From positions 7,006,001-7,070,000 of the forward strand of contig CM082590.2 in NCBI GenBank assembly GCA_040954595.2: a stretch of DNA of 64,000 nucleotides, written 5' to 3'. The notes under the pieces were generated by a model, which was not told where the DNA came from, made no database searches, and saw only the letters and a list, made by a program, of their open reading frames with translations. Both the position numbers and the translations under genes were made by a program. Numbering within the stretch: position 1 is the stretch's first letter; the number at the start of each line of letters is the position of its first letter. Positions 53,722-64,000 of the stretch are shown piece by piece. This stretch comes from Balanoglossus misakiensis (Eukaryota; Animalia; Hemichordata).

Positions 53722-56700
53722 TTAGTCCATAGTCTCATCGGGAACAAATCTCAAACTGACGCTGTTTATGCAAAATCGCAGACCGCTGGGTGGGGGACCG
53801 TCGTTGAAGACGTGGCCAAGATGAGAATCACACTAAAAAAAAAAAAAAACGAAAAATAAAATAAAATAAAATAAAAACAGACTTCAGCAATCGATTCTTT
53901 GATTGGCACACACGACAGGGCATGTTCTGATTTGACCTCAAGGGGGCGCATTTCGAACAGAATCGCTTTTATTACATGCTTTACAGGTGTGCGTGTGTAT
54001 AGTGGCCACCTCTATATAGTGGCCACCTCTATATAGTGGCCGCTTTGTTACAGTCCCTGTGCAATTTACATGTACATTAATTGACCTGTCTATAAAGGCC
54101 AGCTTAGGAAAGTCCCTTGACTGGCTGCTAATGCTATAGACAGGTTTGACTGTACATTAATTGACCTTTCTATAAAGGTCACCTGTCTATAAAGGCCAAC
54201 TTAGGAAAGTCCCTTGACTGCCCCTATAGACAGGTTCGACTGCATATGTATATGTAATTATGTATAATGAATAAATTATACATAACTGCATCATACACAA
54301 ATTACTCTGAAGGGAATGGCTTTATTTGAAAGGTTGGGCAGACTATCAGACTAATTCTCCTAGCGCAGCATACCAGCGTTCACAGGCAGATATTTTTGGC
54401 CAGTCCTGCATCAGTGTGCCTTCTAAACCCATTTGATGTTCCATTAAAGGGACAAAGTCTCTCACTGCCTTTTTCCCATTAATTCTGTTTGATACAAGAC
54501 ACTGTTTATGTTATTCTACATGTGGATATATCATGAATCAATGTTCCACCACATACAGCTTGAATCCCACTTGTAGACACGAGAGTGAAAAACTCACCAA
54601 AATGAATAATTGGTGTTTACCATTTATTCATTTAGAATAACATAAACTTGTCTTGTATCAAACATAATTATTGGAAAAGGGGCAGCAAGAGAGAGACTTT
54701 TTCCCTTTAACTCAACAAACTCACGGGTGTCTCAAGAAATGATCAACACTACACGCAAAGGTATAGGGCTGACTCAGAGAAATTTCTAGAAATCCTCAAA
54801 TTGACTAAAGGCGCCTTTATAAATTATGTTGTTAAGAGGGCGTGCTATCCTGCGCATCTCACCTGTTTACAGAGTACTTCTGTCCTTCTCATGCCGTGCG
54901 AGTTATCTGACCGTCTCATGACATTCGCCTCGGACTCGTCCAGACCCTTGGCACCGATGGCCGCAGTGAACGACGGCCAGCCACACCCAGAATCATACTT
55001 GGTCTCTGAGCTGCAAGAGAACATGTAGCTCAGATCAACAAATTCTGATTTACAAACTTAACCCTTTCACCACTATGGTTCAGTCCAAATTCATTGTTTT
55101 CTATGGTAAGGTTGGACCTCTATAAAGGGAACTGGGGGTGAAAGGGTTAAAGTAATGTTAATTAATGTCTAGTTGTCTTTTTCAGTACTTTTTTCCAGTG
55201 TATCAACTCAGGTTTCTTTTTTCTACTCTGGATAGAATTCAAGTCCAGGGAATGGTTCACCATGCAAAATTGTCACAAATTTGAAATTCAAAACAGCTTT
55301 TTGAAATTAGTGTATACTAATTACTATGCATGCAACTATCCTCCAGAAATTACCAAGGATACAAAGTTTAGACTAGTTCAATCAGAATAGGGGAGACAGC
55401 ATTACTAAATGAGGGTGAACTGACCTGAATAGATCACTATCACAGCACACGCATTTGTAAACACCCTCTTCATCATTGCTGTAGTATTCTCCACTGAAAG
55501 GCTGAAAGAGGTCAAAGGTTATTCAGTTTCTGTATGTAAGTGATTTCATGTCACCTTGGCTGTAGCACCTGTAATGTATGACTGCATTAAAGTTGTATTC
55601 TGATTCAATATAAAAATCATGGCTTATTTTTATGACACAATATCATCGATGTGGGATATTTCTACGAGAAAACTATGTGTGTTTTATCAAAAACCTCTGC
55701 GTATGTCGAGCCTTTTATTTTGTGTCTGGCAAATTTTTCTTTGAGAAGGGAGGACTAGTCATTTTGCTCACTGACAAGCGCATACTACCTCAACCCTTTC
55801 ACCGCAAATGGTTTGGTCCAAGCCCATTGTTTTCTATGGTAAAGTTGGACCTCAAGAAAAGGAAATAGGGGTGAAAGGGTTAAGAAAAACCTTGCTCATT
55901 TATACTATCTTCCTAGCCTGGTCACCATACCCAGTGTGTTTTAGATACTGTAAAACACTTTATTTTCACGAGCAATAAATTTTCACAAAATACGCGAGAG
56001 CCAAAATAGTGTGAAAATAAAAAGTCGCATAATTTTTTTTGAAGATATAGATGCAGTGAATGAAATAAGAGAACGTGAAAATTAATACTCGCGAAACAGT
56101 GGCCTCTCTCGATATCGCGAAAAATTTTAACTCGCGAAAATAAAGTGTTTTACAGTAGACTCACACACACCTTGTGTGCGAGTCTATCTAGAATACACTG
56201 TGTGTGAATCTATCTAAAACACACTGGGTATGCTGACCAGGCTACCATCTTCCCCAAACACTAAATTTCCTTGAAATCCACCAGCTTACCTCTTCAGTGC
56301 CTTTTTCCCGGCATACATAATACTGCTCCGGAGTCAATTTCTTCATCCATTCAGAATTAGGAACATCATTGTAAGGACTCCTGAAAACTATATAACAGTA
56401 TCACAATGAAAAACGGATTGAGCTGCAAAGAAGTCTGATGGACAGGGACATATTTACATCATAATAGACTGATTTTTTCGTTCATACAGGTACTCCTACG
56501 GCATGACTGCACATATCGATTTTTTGGAAAATGCTATCGATTTCATTTGGTATCAGATGACTGAACCACTGGAACTTGTTTCATGTTTTTTCACTTCAAT
56601 TTTTGCAATTTCTTTGGTTATGTATATTTCCACATGAAAATAGTTCTTTAAGAATGAATAAATTATTAACGAAGATACAATGCTCCAACTTTGATGACAG

Positions 56701-56954
56701 ATGCACACGAGTCCTGGACAGGGTTTGTACAAGTTCACATTTTGTAGTGTACACAACCGGATACTGCACACAACACACATATCACTTATTCACGCTGGCA
56801 TTTGCACCGACTTACCGCTCGTCGTGTTCAATGACCTCCACTTCTGCCTTGCACATATCCTTGGAAGTCTCCCGGAACTCAGTTTCTGTGAGGAGTTTGC
56901 TGTTTGCAGTGAAAATCGCAGTAATATTCTTCCTGTTTGTGTCAGCCGCTGCAT
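53722..56954 (-). CDS. MSRB2: Methionine-R-sulfoxide reductase B2, mitochondrial (about 190 aa)
   Basis: Exons 56954-56816, 56387-56290, 55501-55425, 55010-54863 and 53832-53722 join in frame. Arg/Ser-rich transit-like N-terminus, [63 protein letters not shown] (Cys, not Sec). Confidence 0.92.
55059..55150. mobile_element. Short (about 90 bp) piggyBac-type MITE family TTAACCCTTTCACC...GGTGAAAGGGTTAA
   Basis: Terminal inverted repeats with TTAA flanks. Further copies near 1021-1113, 11375-11450, 15207-15295, 15744-15835, 53030-53107, 53420-53513 and 55790-55883. Confidence 0.75.
55914..56244. mobile_element. TAG...CTA-terminated palindromic element with 9-bp TSD, carrying a nested TA-target MITE
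   Basis: TIR TAGCCTGGTCA(C/G)CATACCCAGTGTGTTTTAGATA. Flanks CTATCTTCC and CCATCTTCC (8/9). Inner MITE 55946-56157. Confidence 0.7.
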
Positions 56955-57574
56955 ATTGATTTTGTTATGGTCGTTTCATTAGACCCTCTAAGTATTCGTG
57001 TAAAACGCTATTTTGAATCCCCTAGGTTATCCAATATTATCTACAATAATCTGACCCTTGACCCCTGACCGTCTACACTGTGTGACGCAGAAAAAAAACT
57101 ATAGTGACCGTTATTCAAGCGTTTTTGTGATTTCTCTTATTTATTTTGGCTTTTATACGTCTTGGTATTTGTATATCAGCTTATTTCAAAGTTACCACAT
57201 ATACAGCGTACTGCATGTCCTAGTATGTAAATGAGGGACTTATGATAGCACGCCCCCAACGACTAGCTTTTGAAGTGAGCTGCACTAAGGGAGCCTTCAG
57301 TATTTATAGGGGGGGGGGGTGGCCAGGGGGAATCAAAGGAGGGGGGGGGGGGTCACTTTTTACAAACCAATCTTTTGGGGGAGGGTCACTTTTTACAAAC
57401 CTATCTTTGGGGTTGGGTCACTGTTTACGGCTGAAAATGCCTGATCACAAAATCACCAATCAGTATTCTCCCCAGGAAAGACAAGCTGAAAGAAAAACAT
57501 GTAAACACAACAAGACAACAGTTTCAGACCACTGGCCTTTAACTGGAGATTCTACTCAATTACACATCAGTGCG

Positions 57575-57604
57575 ATCATCATCATCATCATCATCATCAT
57601 CGTT

Positions 57605-57635
<31 letters not shown>

Positions 57636-57646
57636 CCGCCATCATC

Positions 57647-57678
<32 letters not shown>

Positions 57679-57783
57679 CATCACCGCCATCATCATCACC
57701 ATCATCATCATCATCATCACCATCATCATCATCACAACCACCAACACCACCACCCACGCCGCCACCACCACCAAAACCACCAA
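57575..57783. repeat. (ATC)n/(ACC)n trinucleotide tract
   Basis: Direct reading; explains the poly-D, poly-M, poly-S and poly-I ORFs. Confidence 0.95.
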
Positions 57784-58002
57784 GTAGACTTTTTACAGCC
57801 AAATAAATGCAGAAGTAGACATTTTCACTTGCATGAGAATTAGCATCACTTTAAAAATTAATAAAATGAGAAATCTATATTTCGTATTTAATTCCGTATC
57901 ATAGAAGCCGAGTTGTGTTGAAGATTTGTATATTGGTTTCAGCAGAGCGACCGTCACCACATTTTCATGATTTCACTTTCTGTAATGAACTCTGCTGTAT
58001 GT

Positions 58003-58211
58003 TTAAAGAGGGAAGGAAGCAGCGTTATGTGTCTTACCGCGATCCAATCTGATTAAAATCAGATGTAGGGAACGGCGACGTGTGAGTCGTGGCAGTAGCG
58101 TGAGGCGACAGCATAAAAAAAAACACGTCGCCGTTCCCTACATCTGATTTTAATCAGATTGACCGCGATCCATCACCGTAAGACATACAGCGCTGCCTCC
58201 CTCCATCTTAA
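58003..58211. mobile_element. Nested hairpin elements: inner element 58045-58161 with 9-bp TSD ACCGCGATC inside a TTAA-flanked hairpin
   Basis: TSD at 58036-58044 and 58162-58170. Inner TIR CAATCTGATTAAAATCAGATGTAGGGAACGGCGACGTG. Confidence 0.8.
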
Positions 58212-58498
58212 GTGGTCCTTTCATTTTACGGTCATTATCGATAAGATCAATGAAAGGACATTTTGATGAAACGGCGTCTAGTATATTGGGTTTCTGACGG
58301 TATTTAACCTAGTATCTCAGGTAGGGCGCAGAGTGTACTAGTTCTACTGTATGGTGACAACATAAATCTTGATAAAAATCAGCGATAAGGGCCGGGCTGT
58401 TCTACATTGTTCTTTTAAATGACGTATCGAAACCATCAAGCGATCACGTCATGTTCGTTGTGTGCCAGACAGACGACGAGTGGTGATTAGTTTCTGCG

Positions 58499-60955
58499 AT
58501 GGCGACGCCGGCGATTGGATTTGACCTGTCGAATGCCACCAGGACTACTCCAGAGAGAGTCAACCATGCCAGACTTTGTCGACTTTTAATAGAAGGGGGT
58601 ACGCAGACTTTGAGGGGAGTCTTCGATGACATCGTTGCACCAGGTGGCTTGGAGTCTAAGTTGCGTCAACCAAAAATCAGGCACAGTTTGGAGATGGTGA
58701 AACACAAACGTATTATCAGTAAAAAGGAATGGGAGATGTTATATCCAACCGACCCAAAGAAACGCGTGACATCCGAAGACTTCGACATAACACTTCTGGT
58801 CGTCCTGCTGAGGAACCGTCCCCTGTGTAAGCTAAAACAGCCACCGACGTCGTGGGATCGTCAACCAAAGGTAACTGACCTCTCTAAGCAGGCCGACCTA
58901 GTTCGAGTCAAGCTGTTCAGGAACAAACTGTTTCACGGCAAAACGACCAGCGTGCCCGATGACGAGTTTGAGAGGGAGTGGGACCAACTCGGCGCTGCTT
59001 TGGTCCGCCTTGGCGCCAGACGAGATGCCATCGACGACCTCAAGACAGAGCCAATGGACTGCGAACTTGAGCGGTTCTACGAGCTTCAAATCGACGAGTG
59101 GCTGGCCCAAGAAACGGAGCTACGAGACGAGGTCGGTGACCTGAGGGAGAAACTGGACAAGCTCCTCCAAGAGACAACACACAGCGAGGAATACAACTGT
59201 CGCAGCCACCATAAAGAGATCGTGAGGTTTTTCTGTTTGAACTGTGAAATTCCAATTTGTATGACGTGCGCGTATTTCAAGCACAACGTCGACGAACACA
59301 GACACCGAGATCTGGGAGACGCGGCCGCAGAATTTCGCCAGTTGATGGAGCCCATACTCGAAAACTTGAACCAGCATCATAGCGTTATCTCGGGGCATGT
59401 TGCCAAGGCAAATGAATTGTTAGAGTCTTTGAAGTCGCAATACATCAAGCAGCTACAGTCGATCGAAACGCATGCACAGCGCATGGTGTTTGTTGGTGGC
59501 AGGTCGATCAAAGATCAACGAGACGAATTAGTCACCGTGCTTTCTGAACTGCACCAAAGCATGGAGTGTGACCTCACCGAAGATAAGCAAGAATTACAGG
59601 GCAGAACACACCTACTTAAGGAAACGCTTGATTCGTTGCAAAGCCTACTGCAGAACCAGAATGATGTACAGCTGATGTGGAAATATTCTGATATCAGGGC
59701 CATGGTAGAAAAAGTTATGCATGTGGATATAACGTTTGCCAAATTTCACGATCTATTGGCAGAATTTTCGCCCGCCTTCGTCGGAGGCAAGCTAGGGGCG
59801 CTTGTGTTGCCAGCGTTACCGTCTACGTGCTATATCTGCAGTGCGAATTTGCCGAGTACCCTCAGGTTGGGAGATAAGCTCTCAGTTGAGATACAAGCAG
59901 AGAATTATCTCGGGGAACAGATTGAAGATGTTGACGAGCTGGAGGCAACGCTGAAGGGCAGTGATGATCAAATTGTTAGACTGGAGAAAAATAAAATTCC
60001 ACGCGAGAGTGCAGGTGTTTCGATTAACTACACCATCAGAAAGGAAGGTAGGCACCAGCTCTCGGTAAAACTTCGAGGCCATCATATCCAGAATTCTCCT
60101 CACCTGTTCCAGGTTAACCCCTCATGGAAAATAAGAACCATTCCATGCAGGCAAGACATGCCACTGGAACTACTCCAGATTCCATGCTCGATGAAGATCA
60201 ACGAAGACGGCGATATCCTCGTGACGGACTGCGACAAGAACAGGGTCCTCATTCTTGGTTTGGATGGCACTGTGGTCAAACAGATCACGGTGTTAGGGCC
60301 TCTGTTCCGTCCGGCAGACGTCGCTGTTCTTCACGGGGTCTACTTCGTGTCGAACAAGAACGACCAGTATCCGGTGGTTGCCTGCGACAAGACCGGCCAG
60401 ATAGTCGGATGCTTCGGTCAGAGCAGACTGCGGCACGCCTGCGGGATCGCCGTAAACGGCGACTTGGGTATCGTCTATGTCTCCGACGCCGACCACCACG
60501 CCGTTTTCCTCTTCCGCTGCGACAGCGGCGACTTCGTCAAGCGATTCGGCGGGAGAGGCTCGGCCCCCGGCCAGTTCATCCTTCCTTACTACCTCGCTAC
60601 AAACAGTCAGGGCCATCTCCTTGTCTCTGACTTCGGCAACAATCGCATCCAAGTCTTCAACGCCAACGGGGAGTACATCTTTCACTTCGGCAGGCGGGGG
60701 GTCGGCGACGGAGAGTTCAGTTCCATCCGAGAGGCCAAAGTGGACACGGACGACAATATCTACGTCTGCGACTCCTACAACAGCAGAGTGCAGAAGTTCG
60801 ACAAGAAGGGTAAATTTCTACACTGCATCATTACAAAGAAAGACCAGATCAATTGGCCAGTCAATATAGAGCTGGTTGACGGCAGAGACAACCAGATTTT
60901 GATATACGATTGGGCAGATCTCAACGTTATCAAGTGTTATCACAGAATTGCTTAA
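58499..60955 (+). CDS. HEPN (DZIP3-like), B-box, coiled coil, filamin, NHL protein (RING-less TRIM-NHL-like, 818 aa, intronless CDS)
   Basis: N-terminal NHARLCRLLIEGGTQTLR..FDITLLVVLLRN..WD..P...DLS..ADLVRVKLFRNKLFH matches the DZIP3/hRUL138-like HEPN pattern (RNxxxH at 58919-58936). B-box CRSH..CLNC..CMTC..H..H; filamin EGRHQLSVKLRGHHIQNSPH; NHL repeats LVSDFGNNRIQVF and IYVCDSYNSRVQKF. Confidence 0.9.
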   Translation: MATPAIGFDLSNATRTTPERVNHARLCRLLIEGGTQTLRGVFDDIVAPGGLESKLRQPKIRHSLEMVKHKRIISKKEWEMLYPTDPKKRVTSEDFDITLLVVLLRNRPLCKLKQPPTSWDRQPKVTDLSKQADLVRVKLFRNKLFHGKTTSVPDDEFEREWDQLGAALVRLGARRDAIDDLKTEPMDCELERFYELQIDEWLAQETELRDEVGDLREKLDKLLQETTHSEEYNCRSHHKEIVRFFCLNCEIPICMTCAYFKHNVDEHRHRDLGDAAAEFRQLMEPILENLNQHHSVISGHVAKANELLESLKSQYIKQLQSIETHAQRMVFVGGRSIKDQRDELVTVLSELHQSMECDLTEDKQELQGRTHLLKETLDSLQSLLQNQNDVQLMWKYSDIRAMVEKVMHVDITFAKFHDLLAEFSPAFVGGKLGALVLPALPSTCYICSANLPSTLRLGDKLSVEIQAENYLGEQIEDVDELEATLKGSDDQIVRLEKNKIPRESAGVSINYTIRKEGRHQLSVKLRGHHIQNSPHLFQVNPSWKIRTIPCRQDMPLELLQIPCSMKINEDGDILVTDCDKNRVLILGLDGTVVKQITVLGPLFRPADVAVLHGVYFVSNKNDQYPVVACDKTGQIVGCFGQSRLRHACGIAVNGDLGIVYVSDADHHAVFLFRCDSGDFVKRFGGRGSAPGQFILPYYLATNSQGHLLVSDFGNNRIQVFNANGEYIFHFGRRGVGDGEFSSIREAKVDTDDNIYVCDSYNSRVQKFDKKGKFLHCIITKKDQINWPVNIELVDGRDNQILIYDWADLNVIKCYHRIA

Positions 60956-61976
60956 AGGGACAAAGTCTCTCTCTCACCGCCCTTTATCCATTAATTTTTT
61001 TTGATAAAAGACACTGTTAATGTTAATGTACAAGTGAATGAACATTCAACCACACACAACTTCCATCCCTCTTATAGACAGGAGAGTGAAAAAACTCACC
61101 AAAATGAATAATCGGTCTCTACCATTTTTCATTTTGGCGAGATTTTTACTCTCATATCCTACAAACGGGATGGAAGTTGTGTGTGGTCAAACATTCATTC
61201 ATTATATCCATATGACAGCACGCCCCAAACGACTTACTTTTGAAGTGTTATTAAATTTGTTTTTAAACTTTGCAGTGCGGACAAACAGTTCAGATAGTGT
61301 TGTCAGTGTCTGGCTAAATAATTTAGACCCCGACAATTCTGATTGGTCAGTTGAAAAGTTAGAAATCATCTCTTTACTAGAGAATTCGAGCAATATATTA
61401 GTTTTGGAATTTGATTGAACATTAAAACTCTACTCGTTGGTAATTAGAGTTGGTTGGTTAGCTTGTTGACTGACTGACTGACTGATTGATTGATTGTTAA
61501 ATAAAATGTAAACAACATGGAACTATACTCTTCTGTTGAAACATTGTCTGCTAACTACACCAAGTTACCTATGATCAGCATACAATTTGACAAGCTGTGA
61601 CCATGGTAACCAGTGTAAACATGCATGCGATTCCTAAGACACAAGCATTCTGAGGCCGCAGTGGATACTGAATGACATTCCAACGTCTGCTAAATAACCC
61701 CGGTAAAATAACAACCTCCCGATTTGTAATTAGTCGTCGGATTGCTAATTAGCACACAAAATATGTCAACGACGGCGGTGGACTTTATTCACAAAAAGAG
61801 CCTGCATGGCGTCATTTCCGGTCCGAAACCAGTACCGACTGTGGTACTACTTGCAGCTGTCTGGCTATCTCCCATCAGTTTATCGCGTACCTATCCGGGG
61901 CAAGCGATAAAACCTCCCTGTTCACTGACGTACTGACTCATTTAAGCGTACACGATACACCCGTATCACTTCCATC

Positions 61977-64000
61977 ATGGCGACTGCGGCCCCGGTTCCA
62001 TTCGGCCTTGCAAAGGAATTCGAGACAACCCATGAGAGGACGAATCATGCAAGATTGTGTCGGCTTCTACTTGAGGGCGGCGCCAAGGCACTCCGTGAGG
62101 CATTTAACAAAATACACCCATCAGGTACTTTGGTGGGTATTCTGGCTACCAACAAGGCAACCGTTAACAGTAATTTGCTGATGAAGAAAATTATTAACAG
62201 ATCCCAATTCGATGTACTTTACCCTCAGCATGGAGCGGTAACCTCAGAGGACTTTGACATCAGTCTATTGATGGTCCTATTGCGGAACATCTGTTGGCTG
62301 CAACGTCCAGTAACTGGCTGGGATGCTAAACCAGCAACAACTGATCACAGTATGGAGGCCGATATGGTACGTATTAAGTGTTACCGAAACGAACTGAGTC
62401 ACATGAAAACAACAAGCATTTCTGATGTTGACTTTGAGGCCAAGTGGCTTGAGATCAGCGAGGCTCTGCAACGTCTGGGTGCCCGGAAAGACGACATTGA
62501 TCACCTGAAAACCGTTGCCATGGACAGTGAACTCGAGAAGACGCTCTTGGATAACTTGGCAACGTGGACTGAGAGTGACATGGATGTGAAGATGCAGGTC
62601 AGGGAAATGAGAGGCGATGTCAGTGAAATGAGAGGTGACGTCACTAAGATTAAAGGTTTGCTGGAGAGTCGCCAAGACGGACAAGAAGCTGAGAAAGAAA
62701 CCACGGCACAACATGAGAAGGACTTAAGTGGTCGAGATGCAAATGCTCTGAAATCAAACCGCAAAACTGTGAAACAACACCTGGACGACACACGTGAGAA
62801 TCAGCAGAAAGCTAAGGACACCTTGCTTGGATTACAGTGGCAATACTATCGTCAGCGGCGAATCATTAGGGAACACGCCCGCAAAAGGCTATGCAGCGCC
62901 CTCGTGAGGAAGGACCAGGAAGCAAGACTAGTCGCAAAATTAACCGAGCTGTATGGACAGATGCGCGACGATGTTTCAAAAGACGAGGAACGACTGCGCA
63001 GAACCGAACAGAGACTGAAAGACATTCTACACAAGGTAGACGTGCACATACAAAATGCAAATTCTGTCACTTTTTTGTGGAACAGCAGCGACATCAAGCA
63101 GTCTGTGGAGGAGGCACGTAACACGCACACCAAATTCAATATGTATTGTGACGTCGTCGCTGAGTTCTTTCCCGGGCCTTATTTTTCGGACACGACATTC
63201 GGGTTTCTGCTGTTACCAGCCATGCCAGCCACGTCTATCGTCGCTGCAGAAACCCCCCTTGATCTGATAAGGCTTGGAGACCAACTGTCATGGCATATCG
63301 ATATTAAAAACTATCGCGGGGACACAGTTTCGGACTGCCCCGATCTTGTGGTAAATCTCAAAGATGGCGACAACCAAACACGTGTGCTTAACATTCAACC
63401 GACGGAGGGCAGCGTAACAATTGATTCCCAAGCGGAAGGGAAGAGACGCATCACTTATAAAACTCAAACAGAAGGAACACACGAACTAACTGTAACTTTG
63501 CGTGGTTACAACGTCCTCGGCTCTCCGTGCGCGTTTGAAGTGCCGCCATCTTGGAAATTCACCGAGATACCGTTTCGAGTCGATACATGTTCACCTAATT
63601 TATCCCGACCTTGCGGCATGCAAGTGGATACATCTGGAAACATAGTTACTGCGGACCGTGACACAGGCAGGCTGATCATATTAAATAAAGACAGGAGACG
63701 AAAGCGTGACGTTAAAGTGAAACTCGAGAAATTTCTACCAGTCGGTGTGGCCGTGTATGGTGACGACGAATATTTGGTAACAAACCAAGATGCTGAACGT
63801 CCAGTTCTTTTATGCAATATAGCCACTGGGAAAGTGCTTGTCTTTGGGGAAGGAAGGTTAGTAGAGGCAAGTGGCGTGGCAGTTAACTTCGGCAAGAAGT
63901 TCATCTACGTATCGGACATACATCAGCACAAGGTCTTCATAATCCGTAGCACCACAAAGAAGTGCTTCGTGATATTCGGCGCCAAGGGGGCAGAGCCTGG
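61977..64000 (+). CDS. Second HEPN (DZIP3-like), coiled coil, filamin, NHL protein, 3'-partial (open to window end)
   Basis: Not in the ORF track because it has no stop in the window. Hand translation from ATG 61977 is open for 674 codons: MATAAPVPFGLAKEFETTHERTNHARLCRLLLEGGAKALR..FDISLLMVLLRNIC..GWDAKP..ADMVRIKCYRNELSH (RNxxxH at 62385-62402), coiled coil, EGTHELTVTLRGYNVLGSP, NHL LSRPCGMQVDTSGNIVTAD. No B-box. Confidence 0.88.
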   Translation, partial: MATAAPVPFGLAKEFETTHERTNHARLCRLLLEGGAKALREAFNKIHPSGTLVGILATNKATVNSNLLMKKIINRSQFDVLYPQHGAVTSEDFDISLLMVLLRNICWLQRPVTGWDAKPATTDHSMEADMVRIKCYRNELSHMKTTSISDVDFEAKWLEISEALQRLGARKDDIDHLKTVAMDSELEKTLLDNLATWTESDMDVKMQVREMRGDVSEMRGDVTKIKGLLESRQDGQEAEKETTAQHEKDLSGRDANALKSNRKTVKQHLDDTRENQQKAKDTLLGLQWQYYRQRRIIREHARKRLCSALVRKDQEARLVAKLTELYGQMRDDVSKDEERLRRTEQRLKDILHKVDVHIQNANSVTFLWNSSDIKQSVEEARNTHTKFNMYCDVVAEFFPGPYFSDTTFGFLLLPAMPATSIVAAETPLDLIRLGDQLSWHIDIKNYRGDTVSDCPDLVVNLKDGDNQTRVLNIQPTEGSVTIDSQAEGKRRITYKTQTEGTHELTVTLRGYNVLGSPCAFEVPPSWKFTEIPFRVDTCSPNLSRPCGMQVDTSGNIVTADRDTGRLIILNKDRRRKRDVKVKLEKFLPVGVAVYGDDEYLVTNQDAERPVLLCNIATGKVLVFGEGRLVEASGVAVNFGKKFIYVSDIHQHKVFIIRSTTKKCFVIFGAKGAEP

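Noticed and set aside
53722-53832. Possible selenoprotein MsrB1
   Set aside because: Catalytic residue in RFCINS is TGC (Cys), there is no in-frame TGA, and a transit-like N-terminus is present.
57242-57806. Poly-Ile, poly-Asp, poly-Met and poly-Ser ORFs
   Set aside because: Stop-free frames of an (ATC)n tract; no splice or domain support.

Overview
Eukaryotic, intron-rich, AT-rich genomic DNA from an invertebrate animal. A deuterostome such as a hemichordate, echinoderm or amphioxus is my inference from gene content and repeat landscape, not something I can prove. Genes reconstructed by hand from GT-AG boundaries, reading-frame phase and protein motifs: the 3' part of KIF23/MKLP1 (+); COX7C (+); an 11-finger C2H2 zinc-finger gene (-) whose N-terminus aligns without gaps to a MADS-box core; two tandem paralogous micro-exon genes (-), absent from the ORF track, encoding tiny signal-peptide plus GPI-signal proteins of CD24/CD52-like design; a RING-B-box-coiled-coil-filamin-NHL TRIM (+); a DED-NACHT-LRR NLR (-); MSRB2 (-); and two TRIM-NHL-like genes (+) in which the RING is replaced by a DZIP3-like HEPN domain with an intact RNxxxH nuclease motif (the second runs off the window). 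Introns and intergenic DNA are packed with MITEs of several families, some nested, plus microsatellites. The most notable items are the HEPN-TRIM-NHL pair inside an apparent innate-immune cluster, the hidden GPI-micropeptide gene pair and the MADS-like zinc-finger N-terminus.
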